From NCBI GenBank assembly GCA_965240325.2, contig OZ251234.1:1178001-1242000 (forward strand): 64,000 nt of DNA, read 5' to 3'. A program made the position numbers and the translations under genes. Below the pieces are notes generated by a model. The model was not told the origin of the DNA. It worked only from the letters and a program-made list of their open reading frames with translations, and did no database searches. Origin of the DNA: Rebecca billardiae RCC1528 (Eukaryota; Protista; Haptophyta). Positions 22,906 to 34,841 of this stretch are shown here, one piece after another. How positions within the stretch are numbered: position 1 is the first letter of the stretch; the number at the start of each line of letters is the position of its first letter.

Positions 22906-25179
22906 CCACTCGAGACCCCTCAGCATTGGGAACGGATAACTCGACGGGTGGGCGCGGGCAAAGGTGGCTCGATGGCCGCATCCCGACGCATGGACGTGTT
23001 CTCCTCGTCGTGCTCGACACGGCAATACCGGTCTCGCCGCCGCCGGATGTCCCGTTGGAGAGCGCCGTGCTCTTGACGGAGGGCAGGTTTTGCAGGTGTC
23101 CGCCAGTGCTGACCCCTCATTGGGAACGCTCGCGCACGCGCGCGCACTGTGAGCACCACACTGCGGCCGACAACGTTGCACAGGTTTGAGGAGCGGTTCA
23201 CTGCGTGGGACCGCTCGAGGTGAGGGCATGGGCAATGGGGGGTGTAGAACTCTTCCCAAACGCGAGATGTGGGCATGCCTCTGCATCTCGCAACGCAGTG
23301 GTGTCACCCGGCGCGCGCTTGGCAGCAAGCGGATGAAGCGGTCGGCTGCATCGTCGTGCTCGTGTTTGACACGTGAGATCGCGCTGCTCTCCAGACGACG
23401 TCGGTGCAGTCTTCAACCCACTGGCTTGACTATGGCATCGCCGCTGGTCGGCGCCCAGCGCCGTCTGATGAGAGCCCCCAAGTCCGAGTATCATTACGGT
23501 CGGCTCCGGCTCTGGTGCGCTGCGTACTCCCATGATGGACTGGTCTGACAGATGCGGCCGTGCCGTGCCGGCCTACGTGCTACTAGTACACGCCCGGTGC
23601 GCGAGCACCATCAGCGTATGTATATGGTTTAGCGCAGTGGTTATCATCATCATCATCGTCAGTGCTGTCATCGCGTATCGACTATCGTCATCATCTGAGT
23701 CGGAGCCGCGCCATACTACTTCGCGACTCATGACTAATATGTCAGCCGCCAGCCGCCATCAATCACACTGCTGTGATGACAGCTGAGCCGGCATCCGGAG
23801 TGTGTAGTCCGCGATCATCAATCATCACTGGCGCGTCGTGCCGCCGCCGCCGCGCAGATCGAGGCGCCCGACTCCGCGATGATTACGGTAGCAGTATATA
23901 TGATCCGTGCGCGTCATTCGGAAGGGACGATCCCCATGAGCAGTGAGTTGAGACTGGTACGGCCGATGGATGTAGGCCCACGGATGTACGGTGTCGCGCG
24001 TCGCGATGAGGCCCTGCGGCGTACGCCGAGACCAGTCCTGGCCGTTCGCGTCGTCCGCGTCGTCGTCATCCGCAGCTACCACCGACGTGTTGAGCAGCGA
24101 GGTGAACACGTTCGCTGCCATCCGCGTGACGCCGTCGTCGCGATGCAGCAATGCGTCAGCCGGGCGCGCATTGCGCTGCTGCAGCTGCGGCGCGGTCGGA
24201 TCTGCGGCCACAGTCGCGGTCACCGGCGTGCCCGCTGCCGCGGGCGCCGCCGCGGGCGCGCCCGCGGCCGCCGCGTCGAGCTGCGCGCGGATGTGCTTGG
24301 AGACGACGGGCTTGTCCATCTGAGACTGCATCGGGTTGCACTTGAGCTTGCCCGTGAACCGCTCCCCGTGCCAGCCCACCTTCGTCGTCGCGTGCGTCAT
24401 GATACTCGGCTTGTGTGACGCGGCCACTGCCATCTCGACGAGTCGGACGATAACCGACTCGCGCGCGCATGAGGTTGCCGTCCGATCTTGCAGTGCTGCA
24501 GACCTCCTGCCGTGCTGCAGCAGATGGACCAGACCGGCGGCCCGATCCAGCACGTCAACCGCATCCTGCGCTCCCTGCTGCAGCAAGAGCGGCGGCAGTA
24601 TGCGGACCGCGAGATCCCGAAGGTCGGCTCTTCATCCGCGCGCGCGCCCATGGCTGCCCGGCCACGCGCGCTCGCCGCCCTCGTGTCATCTCATTCACTG
24701 GGCAACACCGCCCGCGCGCGCGAACGTGCCCAACCCGTACTTGCAGCTCACCCCCTCGAATTCGCCGCGACGCAGCTCGCGCGTGGGCCTCTTCTGGTCG
24801 CGCGTGCGAGGCTCGGCGCTCGTGTCCGACTTCTTGGCCACCTTGTCCAACACGTCCTTCACCGAAGGCGCCTTGGGCGACGGTTTGGCCTCGACGAACT
24901 CCTTCAACGCGGCAGACCCGGTGCCCGATCGACGGCCCGTGCCGCTCGCGCCGACGCGCGCAGAAGAGGAGGCAGCGGGGTCGGACCGGGAGGGCCGCGC
25001 GTGGGGACGACCCCGGGGAGTCCGGGGCGCCGACGTGCTGCGCCGCGACGCTGGCGCAGAGGCCCTCGGGGGGCCGCGCGCCGCCCGATGGTGCTGGCGC
25101 TCGCGATCCCGAGCGGGGGCGTCATGCCCATTCCCGTTCCCAATGAGGGGTGGCGTTCCCAATGAGGGGTCTGGAGTGG
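22906..25179. mobile_element. TA-flanked TIR DNA transposon (Tc1/mariner-like), probably non-autonomous, with decayed coding remnants
   Basis: Left TA-CCACTCGAGACCCCTCAGCATTGGGAACG; right (reverse complement) TA-CCACTCCAGACCCCTCATTGGGAACG. The core ACCCCTCATTGGGAACG is repeated at 23112-23128 and twice at 25135-25170. Confidence 0.78.
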
Positions 25180-25253
25180 TATTCATTTTCTTCTGCGCCG
25201 CGGCAGCAGGCGAGGCTTTCAATTTTATTCGTTCGCGCGCGCGCGGCTCGCGC

Positions 25254-26978
25254 TCATCTTGCCGCCGTCTGCCGCGCCTCCGCGCGCTCAGCGCTCGCCC
25301 CGCCGCCGGGCGTCGCGGGCGGGCGGCGGATGAGTCGGAGGCGCAGCCCGGAGCGCTTCGGGCCCAGCGTCACGTCCGTCGTCTCGTCCGGCTCCGCGCC
25401 CGCCGGCTCATCCGCGGGCGGCGCGAGCACAAACCGCCGGAGCACGGCGGCGAGGATGAGGACGGCCTCGAGCTCCGCCAGCCGCGCGCCCACGCAGCGC
25501 CGCGGGCCGCCGCCGAACGGGCACCAGCGCGAGCCGAGCGGCCCGGCCTCGGCGACGTCGTGCCGAGACGGCCGGAAGCGCGCCGCGTCCGCACCCCACA
25601 GCTCGCTGCTGCGCGCGGCCGCGGCGACCGACAGCATCGCAGCCGCGCCCGCGGGCAAGCTGACCGAGCCGACGCGGCTCGAGCGCGCGGCGACGCGCGA
25701 CACCGTCGGTACCGTCGGGTACAGCCGCAGCGCCTCGTACAGCACGTTGCGCAGCGCGTGCATCCGCGACGCCTCCTCCAGCCCCGCGCTGCCATCAGCC
25801 GGAACCTCCGCCTCCGCCTCGCCGCGCGCGCGCGCCTGCTCGGCCGGCGAGCGCGAGAGCAGGAGCAGCGCCCAGCACACGGTGGCCGCGGTGGTCTCGT
25901 GCCCCGCGATGAGCAGCGTGACGATCTCGTCACGCGCCTCCTCGAACGGCAGCTCGGCGCGCGCCAGCGCCTCGAGCAGGCTCGCAGGCGCGGCCGTTGC
26001 GCTGCCCGACCCGTCGCCCACGCCGGTGTGCGAGCCCTTGCGCGACCGCGGCGCGGGCCGCGAGGCGGCGTCGGCATAGAGCGCGCGCGCGAGCTCCGTG
26101 TACACGCCCAGCCCGTCGTGCATCCCGGCGCACGCGCGCGGCATCAGCCCGCGCGGCAGCCTGCGCAGCAGCGCGCACGCCCAGCCGGGCAGCAGCGCCA
26201 GCTGCACCGTTCCCGTCAGGATTCCTTCTGAGGCGCGGGTGAACTTCCCGCCGCCGCCCGGCCGCGCGCCGCCCGGCTGGCGGAGGGCGTCGAGCGCGCC
26301 GAAGTCGAGGCCGAAGCCGATCTCGCCGATCACGTCGAGCGTCACCGCCAGCAGCGGCTGGTACACGTCCACGGTCACCGACTCGCCCGCGCGCGGCTGC
26401 GCAGCGGCGCCGGCATCGCCGCCCGCGCCAGCGCCTCCGCTCTCAAGCATGTCGCACAGCCGGCCGGCGCGCACGGCTATGCGCCGGGCGTACGCGCGCA
26501 GCGCGCCGAGCGAGAGCGCCGAGACGACCGCCTGCCGGTGCGCGCGCCACATGTCGTTCGAGTCCAGCGCCACCAGGCCGAGCGGCAGCGCGGCAGAGCT
26601 GAGCGGCCGGCGCGGGAATGCGCTCGTGTCGCCAAAGACGTGCGCGGCGAAGTCGTGCGCGTTGTCGAAGCAGACGACGACGCCGCGGCCGCACGGCAGC
26701 ACCAGCTTGACCACCGGCCCGTACAGCTCGTGCAGCCGGCGCACGAACTTGTGCCGCTCGTCGTAGAACGACGGTGGCGCGCGAATCGTGTCGAGCGCGC
26801 CGCGCAAGAAGCCGTACGGCGGGCCGGGGAGGTTGCGCACGGCGTAGAGCGTGCGGGCGCGTAGCGCGACGAGCAGGCTCGCGAGGGCGCACGTGCCCGC
26901 CAGCGCGAGCGCGAGGCACGACGGCGAGCTGCTCGCCGCCGTGGTGAGCTGCATGGCCGGGGACTCGCCGACACGCAT
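25254..26978 (-). CDS. Cytochrome P450
   Basis: N-terminal TM anchor followed by LPGP, I-helix AGHETT, K-helix EALR, ARFRP (PERF-like), heme motif FGGGPRRCVG. ATG at 26978 or 26954. Confidence 0.95.
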   Translation of the reverse strand: MRVGESPAMQLTTAASSSPSCLALALAGTCALASLLVALRARTLYAVRNLPGPPYGFLRGALDTIRAPPSFYDERHKFVRRLHELYGPVVKLVLPCGRGVVVCFDNAHDFAAHVFGDTSAFPRRPLSSAALPLGLVALDSNDMWRAHRQAVVSALSLGALRAYARRIAVRAGRLCDMLESGGAGAGGDAGAAAQPRAGESVTVDVYQPLLAVTLDVIGEIGFGLDFGALDALRQPGGARPGGGGKFTRASEGILTGTVQLALLPGWACALLRRLPRGLMPRACAGMHDGLGVYTELARALYADAASRPAPRSRKGSHTGVGDGSGSATAAPASLLEALARAELPFEEARDEIVTLLIAGHETTAATVCWALLLLSRSPAEQARARGEAEAEVPADGSAGLEEASRMHALRNVLYEALRLYPTVPTVSRVAARSSRVGSVSLPAGAAAMLSVAAAARSSELWGADAARFRPSRHDVAEAGPLGSRWCPFGGGPRRCVGARLAELEAVLILAAVLRRFVLAPPADEPAGAEPDETTDVTLGPKRSGLRLRLIRRPPATPGGGASAERAEARQTAAR

Positions 26979-27178
26979 CCTCGGCACCAGGCCACTGCTC
27001 ACCGCTCTGCCAGCCTCAAGCGCGCGACCCTTGAGGCTGCGCCGATGAACGCGACATTTGATGAGTATTTGACAGAGCAGTGCTTTCCTGCAACACGACC
27101 AACGAAATCCTCGATCGAATCAGGACGACGGCCGGCGGGGCGGAGTCGATCGTCATCGTCTTTTCGTCACGAGCGACG

Positions 27179-28328
27179 ATGACGCTGGGCAGGCCGGCTC
27201 CGCCGCCGTCGTCGCGCTGGGCGCCGCTGCTACCACTCCTGCTGCTTCTCCTGCCGTCAGCCAGCATCGCGTTGCGCCGGGGCGCCCCCGTGCGCCCCCG
27301 AGCGGCGTTCAGCATGGCGGCCGATCTGCCGCCGGTCGGACTGCCTGACGGCTGGGCGCCGCCGGAGCCAAAGCCGCTCTCGGTGCCCGAAGGCCAGCTC
27401 CTCAACACGCTCTCGGGCAGCGTGGCGCTCGCCCTCCGCCTCGGCGTCGGCGCGTTCGTCCTCGGCTGGAAGCCCGGCTTCACCTTTGGCGCCAAGGAAG
27501 GAGAGTACGCCATGTTCAACGTCGTGCGCGATTCCTCGCCGACGCTCCAGGCGTGCAGGCGGCCGGAGAAGCCGCTGCTACTGTACGAGTACGAGCCCTC
27601 GCCGTACTGCCGCAAGGTGCGCGAGGCGTGCGCGCTGCTCGACCTGCGCGTCACCATGCTGCCCTGCCCGGGCGCACGCAAGGGCTTTGCGGACGAGCTG
27701 GGCAAGCGCGGCGGTAAGATGCAGGTGCGTGCGCGCGCCGTGCGCGCCGCCGGCCGCGCCCCGCCGGGGCGGCGCCCCGCCAGCTCGGACCGCCGACTGG
27801 CGCGATCCACGAGCGCACCCTGCCGCCGGCCGCGTGCAGGTGCCGTACCTCGTCGACCCGAACGCGCCGGCGCCGGGCGGCGCCGACGGCCCGCTTGAGC
27901 TGTACGAGAGCGACGACATCATCGACCACCTCTTCGACGCGTACGGCCCGGGGCGCGGCGCGGTGCCGTGGCAGCTGCGCGGGCCGTTCGCCTTCTGGAC
28001 GTGCGCGCTCGCCGCGCTCGCGCGCGGGCTCAAGGGCAACGCCCTCGACGCGGCCGCGCGACCGGACACGATGCAGATGCAGCCGCTTGAGCTGTGGGGC
28101 TATGAGGCGAGCCCGTTCGTGCGGCCGGTGCGCGAGCGGCTGGTCGAGCTCGCGCTGCCGCACACCGTGGTGTACTGCGCGCGCGGCTCGGCCAACCGCG
28201 ACCTGCTCGTGCAGCGCACCGGCCGCTTCCAGGTCCCGTTCCTCGCCGACCCGAACACGGGTGCGGAGCTGTTCGAGAGCGACGCGATCGTCGAGTACCT
28301 CACGCGCGTGTACACCGTGCCGGCGTGA
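27179..28328 (+). CDS. Tandem GST-N/glutaredoxin-like domain protein, probably plastid-targeted; intron 27725-27839
   Basis: Signal-peptide-like LLPLLLLLLPSA plus an Arg-rich transit-like segment. Two repeats of the motif set LYEYEPSPYCRKVRE...QVPYLVDPN...LYESDDI and LWGYEASPFVRPVRE...QVPFLADPN...LFESDAI. Removing the GT-AG intron restores MQ|VPYL. Confidence 0.88.
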
Positions 28329-28671
28329 GCGCGCGCGGCGCGGCGGCAGCCGGTAGCAGGGCGGCGGCGCGCCGAGGGTGGTGCGAGTGTGACGCGATCG
28401 TCGACGTGGCGCAAAGCGGTCATCCTTTATGGCCAGGGACCGCGACTCATTTCCCCTGAGGCCCTGGCCGCGCGGGGGCGCCGGATCCCGCTCAGGCCCG
28501 CGCCCGGACGGAGCTCGTCAGGCCAGGCCACGTCACGGTGCGCAGCCCCGTGTTCTAACCGCCAGCACGTTATAAATAGCTAGGCAGCCGCCAGCATGCC
28601 GCCGTCGTACGCCGCTCGCGGGCGCTCTTGAGCAGCGCCGTCAGCGCTGACGGACGATATATGTAATATTA

Positions 28672-30544
28672 CAGTGGGCTGGTCCCACTGGCGGAACCGA
28701 AATTCAAAACTATCTGACGATCGGCGCGGTCTGAGCGACTCGGAACAAAAGGGGTGCGACACACTAGCGCCGGCGGGGTACGCGCCGGCGTCTGAGCTCA
28801 CCAGCGCGACTTCAGCGAAGCGCGCGGACGAAAATCAGCTCTCCGACTCTCCGAGAGGGCCCCGGGCCTGCGCGGGGTCGCGGTCGCGGCGCCGGGCGCG
28901 GGGATGCTGTCAGCTTCCGAGCCCGTACAGCTCGTCGCGCGCGCTCGGGGTGCGCGAGGCGACGCGGTACGACGGTGGCGTGGACCACCACCTCACGCCT
29001 CGCTGCGTCGTCAGCGTGTACAGCCCACCGCTGCCACTAGCGCCAATGTGAATGGCACTGCTCGGAAGACTCCGAAGAGCTCGATGCGTCGCGCGTCGTC
29101 GTTTGCGTCGACTAGTCGCTCGGCCGGAGGTGCAGCTGACGCGCTCGCCGAAGCAGCACCGCAGACCCCGCTCGATGGTGTGCGCGGCGTGAAGTTCGCA
29201 CCGAACGTATCTTCTTGTGGCGAGATGCGCACCGCCCGCCGCAGCGCCCGCCGCTGCCGAGCCGGCCGCCGCTGCGCCGGCCGCCGCGCCGGCTGCCGCC
29301 GCCGCCGCGACCGCCGTCGCTGCGCCATCAGCCCGCCCGGTGCTGCGGGCTGCCGCACTCGCCGGGCGACCACTCGAAGATGCGCGCAGCGTGACGTGCG
29401 CGGCAAGTAACTCCTCGTCGCGAGATGCGCTCCACCCGCCGTCGCGCCCGCCGCCGCGGCGTCCGCCGCCGCGGCGTCCGTGCCACCGCGCCGCCCGCGC
29501 TACAGTGCCGCGCCAGCGCAGCGGCGGCGCCTGCCCGGCTGTCACGCCCGCATTCAGCAGGCCCGGTGCTGCCGCGCTCGCCGGGCGACGAATCGATATC
29601 GCGCGCGGCGTGACGTGCGCGCTGAGTGACTCCTCGTCGCGAGATGCGCTCTGCCAGCCGCCGCGCCCGCCACCGCTGCTGCACTCTCGCCGCCGCGCCC
29701 GCGGATGCCGCCGCGCCCGCCCGACCGTCACTCCCGCCGTCAGCAGGCCCGATGCTGCCACGCTGGCCGGGCGCCGCGGTGGTCGCGGCGTTCGATGCCG
29801 TCGCAGACGGCGTGCGAAGCGCGGCGTCGGTACCCGCCCACCCTGCACGATGTTGCCGCGCTGCGGCAACCTCAGCTTCAGATCGGCTGACTCCACGCCT
29901 GAAGAGCTCGCGAAGAGACAGCCCACCCGCACAGTGGCAGTCTTCGCCCAGGAGCGCCGTATGCATAGCGGTGGGGGCGGAACGTGGCGCTCGACTTCTC
30001 CTCGGCGTCCGAGTCCAGTGCATCTGCTCCTGCACCAGCCCCTCCCATTCTGCGCGCGGGCGCGGAGTCGGTGCGGCCGTGCCGCACGAGGTCGACGCGA
30101 GGGCGCCGCAGCAGATGTCAGGTATGGTGACCGCGCTTCCGGCGGGCGTTTTCAAGCGGAACTTCTGGAACGCGTTGCTCACTGAAACTCGTGCGGAACC
30201 ACCGTGCCCGATTTTGCACCCCGCGGACGCACGGTCGGCGCGCCGCGCGAGCGCGCACCAGCGCAGGCACCGGCTTGTGCCTCTGGTCGTGGTGCCAGTC
30301 GCCACGATTCGGCGGCGTCTTGAGCTTGCGCGCGTCCGCAATCGCCCAGGTTCGCCTCACAACTCGTGGTGCTCACTTCCCCGCCGGCTCACGCGGCGGA
30401 CTTGCATTCGCCTCGCGCCACAGCGCCCGCGCCTCCTCGGGGCACGCGTCGAAGCCGCCGCCGCCGTCCGCCGCGCAACCGCCGAAGCTTCGCCAAAACT
30501 CCGGTCCGTTGTTTTGCAGGTCCCCCAGTGAGACCCGCCCACTG
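28672..30544. mobile_element. TA-flanked Tc1/mariner-type non-autonomous TIR element (CAGTG termini)
   Basis: Left TA-CAGTGGGCTGGTCCCACTGGCGGA; right (reverse complement) TA-CAGTGGGCGGGTCTCACTGGGGGA. Internal direct duplication at ~29335-29460 and ~29560-29675. Confidence 0.8.
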
Positions 30545-30703
30545 TAATGAATCGATATATATCGCGATCGGATATTAGGCGGCGTCGTCATGGACATGGT
30601 GCCAGCACGAGTGGTAACGGTATATAGGCTATGGCCGCCACCGGCAGCCACATAGATGACGACCATATTGACGTACTGTAGGCTGCTACACTGTGTAGGT
30701 ACT

Positions 30704-30730
30704 AGAGAGAGAGAGAGAGAGAGAGAGAGA
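30704..30730 (+). repeat. (AG)n microsatellite
   Basis: Read directly. Confidence 0.9.
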
Positions 30731-31176
30731 CGAGGCATCATCATCAGGTTATATGGCGCGGCGGCCGCGTATTCTCATTATTCGTCTGAGTAGCATCGAC
30801 TGTATCATTGCGCGGTGGTCTCGTCAGGCCTTAGGTTCGTCGGGTGATTCAGCACTTCAGCAGCTACTGAGCTAGTTATAATGAGAGTACGCGTCGTAGT
30901 CGGGTGATGATATGTGATGAGTGGTCGTCATCGTAATGCGCATCATTGCGCATGATGTCAATGTGGTGGGCCTGGCCTGCGGGCCCCGCGCGTCGGTGCC
31001 AGTAGTCTGGAGAGACTAGTACTACTGCTGATGAGCTAGTGCCCTTGGACTCAGGAGTCTGCTTGCTGTCGACGTGATCTTGTACGTGACTTGTCCCGGC
31101 AGCAGTCTCTGACCAATTGCGACGTGACTGAGTCATGTAGCGCGACCGCCTGCCCGAGCGGCTGCCGAACGGCTGG

Positions 31177-32022
31177 TTGAGCAGCCTACTACTGCCTAGC
31201 CGGCTCGCGCTACTCGTCGCCACCGCCTTTGGCGCCGACGCAGCGAGCTCACGGCTGCTCACCGCCGCCGCCAACAGCCTCCCGCGTGGGGTGCACCTCT
31301 CCCTCCTGCCAGATGGGAGCGTCCGTCTAATGCCGACGGTCTCCGTGCGACCGCCTGGCCCGACGGAAGCAGGGCCTGGTGCTTCTCCACAGGGAACCCC
31401 CGCTGGTGGCAGCCAGCGGTGCATTGTGCAAGGGAGGTGGTGGCGCGCCTCCTAACGCAAGTTGGCTCCGCCGGCGCACCCGCTCGCCGCGCAGGGCTCG
31501 GTTGCTGGAGTGCCGGCTGCTGGCAACGGTGAGCAGCAGCACTCTTGATCAGAAGCGGAAGAAGAAGCCTCGGCGCGGGAAGCACGGGCCTCGGCGTGGC
31601 GCGCAGGGCAGGCGGATTCGGTCCCCATCGAGCCGCCGCTCCTCGTCGCGGCGCGCCGTCAAGAAACGCCAGGAGCGCAAGGCGGCGCGGCTGGCGCCTT
31701 CTCGGCCCGCAGCACCTGCGCCAGCCCGCCCGCTACTGCCCCCCACGCGGACCGAGGCTCGTCGACGGACGACGACTCTGACGACGAGGACTCGAGGAGG
31801 CGCAGCAGTCGACAGGGCACGGGAAGCGTGAATCCGAGAGACCTCGCGCCGTCCCGACTGACTAGCGCCAAAATGCATCGTGAGGCGATGGCGGCCCTAC
31901 TACTTGTACAAATGCTTCAGCCAATCACGAGCTTGGAGGTCCAAATGACGCGGATGGCGATCAGCCTCACGGTCAGGGCGACAGCCAATCAGCCCACAGT
32001 CATTTTCCAGACGTACTATTGA
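31177..32022 (+). pseudogene. Possible decayed reading frame (two in-frame stops)
   Basis: ORFs 31177-31455 and 31828-32022 share a frame, bridged by a stretch with only one further TGA and an acidic DDDSDDED tract. No family recognised. Confidence 0.3.
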
Positions 32023-32138
32023 ATCATTTCTTCGAGGTGCATCGGTCTTGATCAGATCGTGGCGGTTCACACACAACGCTCGCTCAGGTGAAAGCCCGAG
32101 ACAATCCCCACGCGGGGTCGACGCCCGCGGGCTCGGCC

Positions 32139-33447
32139 ATGGGCGCAGCGAGCAACTCGCCGTTCCTGTCGGCTTGCTCAAAGATCCTGAAAGGCAATCT
32201 CACGCCATGGTGGTTGTTCGGTGTCGTCTACTCGCTGGTGCGCCAGCGCGCTGCGCCGCGCTCTCGATGCACGTGTGCCGTTGGCGGCCCCGAACGGGCC
32301 CGGGGACAAGATACAGCTGGGCACGGTGCCCGGGTGCGCACGGCCGGAAGCTGCGAGGGTGTGACGCGCAGTCCCGCGTGTTCATGCCATGGCATGGCTG
32401 CCCTCTCGCCGCGCGCAGGTGTTTCTGGGGACGCTCGGGCTCCCGCGCGCGTTCACAGAGGGTCCGACCATGGCTGTGCACATTGCGATGGCCACGCTGT
32501 TCGTCATCGGCTGCGGCTGGAACCTGTACCACACGCCGAGCCACGGCAAGCGCTTCCGCGACGCGCACGTCCTGGTGGGCCGGGCGACGATGCTCGTCGG
32601 CTTCATCTCCGTGCTCACTGGCTACGTCTTTGTCGGCACCGGCCAGTCGGTGATCCCGCTCGGCGCTAGGATCCTGATGCTGACGATTGGGCTCATCCAG
32701 CTCGCGCTGCAATGGCTCGGCGTGCACTACGTTCGGGGGCTGCAGTACAAGTGGATCAAGATGCACATGACGGTGCGCGCCCCCGTACTCACCGCCACTG
32801 CGAGCACCTGCGGCGTGTGCCTCGTGAGCGCGCCAGTGCGCGGGCCGGGGGCCGTAGCGGGGTGCCTTGCCCCCCTCCCCCTGCCCCGTGGCATGACCGG
32901 CTCGCTGGGCCCTGACCGCCTGCGGGCATGCCCCAACCCCCGCTCGCTGCCCTGTGCAGATGATGACGTACCTGTTCTACATGTCTGCCGTGCTCATCGC
33001 CATGTGCGCGCGCAGTGCCGCGCCCAACGCACCGTATGCGTCAGCAAGCATCCCTTGCGCTCACCAGTTGTGCGCGCCACCCACCCTGCGCCTGTGTGCC
33101 TGCCCACTGTTGGCATGATGCCTGGCTGGATGCTCCGTTCGCCTTGCTGCAGCAACTGGATCCCAAAGATGGCCACCGGCCAAGCGCTCACGGGCGCCGC
33201 ATCGAGCAACTGGACATTTGCCTCGATGATCATCAGCCTGATCATCGCGCACACGGCGGTCAAGCACAACCTGAAGCACATGGAGCTGGGCTTCCAAGAT
33301 CACGCGGCGCCGCCGCAGTACGACCAGCCCAAGCTGACGCGGGCGCAGGAGGCGGCGATAGCGGCGACCACGAAATCGCCGGCGATGCCGCGTCGGGGGC
33401 AGACGCAGCCGAATGCGAAACAACTGCAGCAGCTCAATCATGCATGA
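32139..33447 (+). CDS. Multi-pass membrane protein, DUF2306-like; introns 32238-32418, 32773-32959, 33004-33152
   Basis: Three GTGCGC...CAG introns give one continuous frame with several TM helices and the His motifs VHIA, AHVLVGR and MHMTMM. Confidence 0.7.
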
Positions 33448-33844
33448 CCGATTATGAACTCATTATGTTTACAGCCGGACGCGCCGAGCACGGAGCAGCT
33501 CCGCACGCATCAGACGCAACTACCGATATCTGAATATATACTATATATGTATATAAGCTATATGGATATATATATATACTACGGTCGTATACCGCCTAGT
33601 CTCTCTCTCTCTCTCTCTTATCTCTATAGCTCTCTCTCTCTCTATTCAGATTTCAGTCGGCAAGCGCCGCGGGCGCGGCGCGGTGTACCGTACTTGCCGG
33701 CAATTCGAGCAGGCACACTCGCAACGCCACGTGGCGCCGCGTACTATATATACTCACGCGCATCCCTGCCGCCGGCGCGCCGAGGCCTCTCGCGGTGGCT
33801 GCCTCGGCGCGCGAAGTCTCCCGACGGCGCACGCGCCCGCCGCG

Positions 33845-34809
33845 TCACAGCAGCTGCGCGCGCTGCGCCTTGGCCTCGGCCTTGCTCTTGGCGAGCTGCG
33901 CGGCGGTGATTCGGAGCACGGAGTCGACCGCCTTGTCGGCGACTGGCTGCACCTTCTCGGCGGCTGCCTGCGCCAGCGCGGCCGCGCGCTTCGCAGCCGG
34001 ATCCACGTCGGCCACTCTGTCCAGCTGCGCAAACCTGCGCCCACGCGCGCGCGCGCGCGCGCACGCGCCACCGGGCGGCGACACATGGGGCGCGCGTCAG
34101 CCTGCGCGCGCAGGCGCGACGCGGCGAGGCGGCGGCGCGCGCGCACCGGCAGTTCGCAAAGGTGAACGCGCCGAACGCCGCCGCCGTGCCGAGGTAGTAC
34201 GCCCCCGGCCCGACGTACTGGTACACGGGCGCTCCGAGCATCGGCCCGACGATCAGCCCGAGCTGCTGCCCCGAGTTTGAAATGGCCACCAGCTGGCCAA
34301 TGTCGGGGTACCCCCGTGCGCTCGCGAGCTTGGAGGTGATGCCCTGCAGCGGCGCGCCGACGACGTACGCCATGCCCACGCCGATGCAGAAGAGGCCGGC
34401 CACCTCGACCGCGAGGTGCGTCATCGAGGTGCCCGCGCCCGAGAGGTGCATCAGCACCATCCCGCCCAGGGTCGCGATCTCGCCGGCGATCACGAGCACC
34501 CAGTACGGGAGGCGCGAGGCGAGCGCCGCCGAGGCGAAGTTGTTGAGGAAGTGGGAGACGGGGCACACGGACCAGATCAGGCTGGAGACGAAGACGCCCA
34601 GCCCAAAGTGCTCCTGCAGGTACGCCGGCGCGATCGCCTCGAGGCTGCCGATGACGAACCACTGGAGCCCCATCGCGACAGCCGCGGTGATCACGAGCGA
34701 ATCTCGCAGCAGCGTGGAGAACGACACGGCCGTGGGCGCGGGCGGCGCGTCGTCCGCCTCCTCGTCCGCGTCGGCGGCACCCGCGCCCGTCGCGCCCGCC
34801 CCGCTCTTC

Positions 34810-34841
<32 letters not shown>

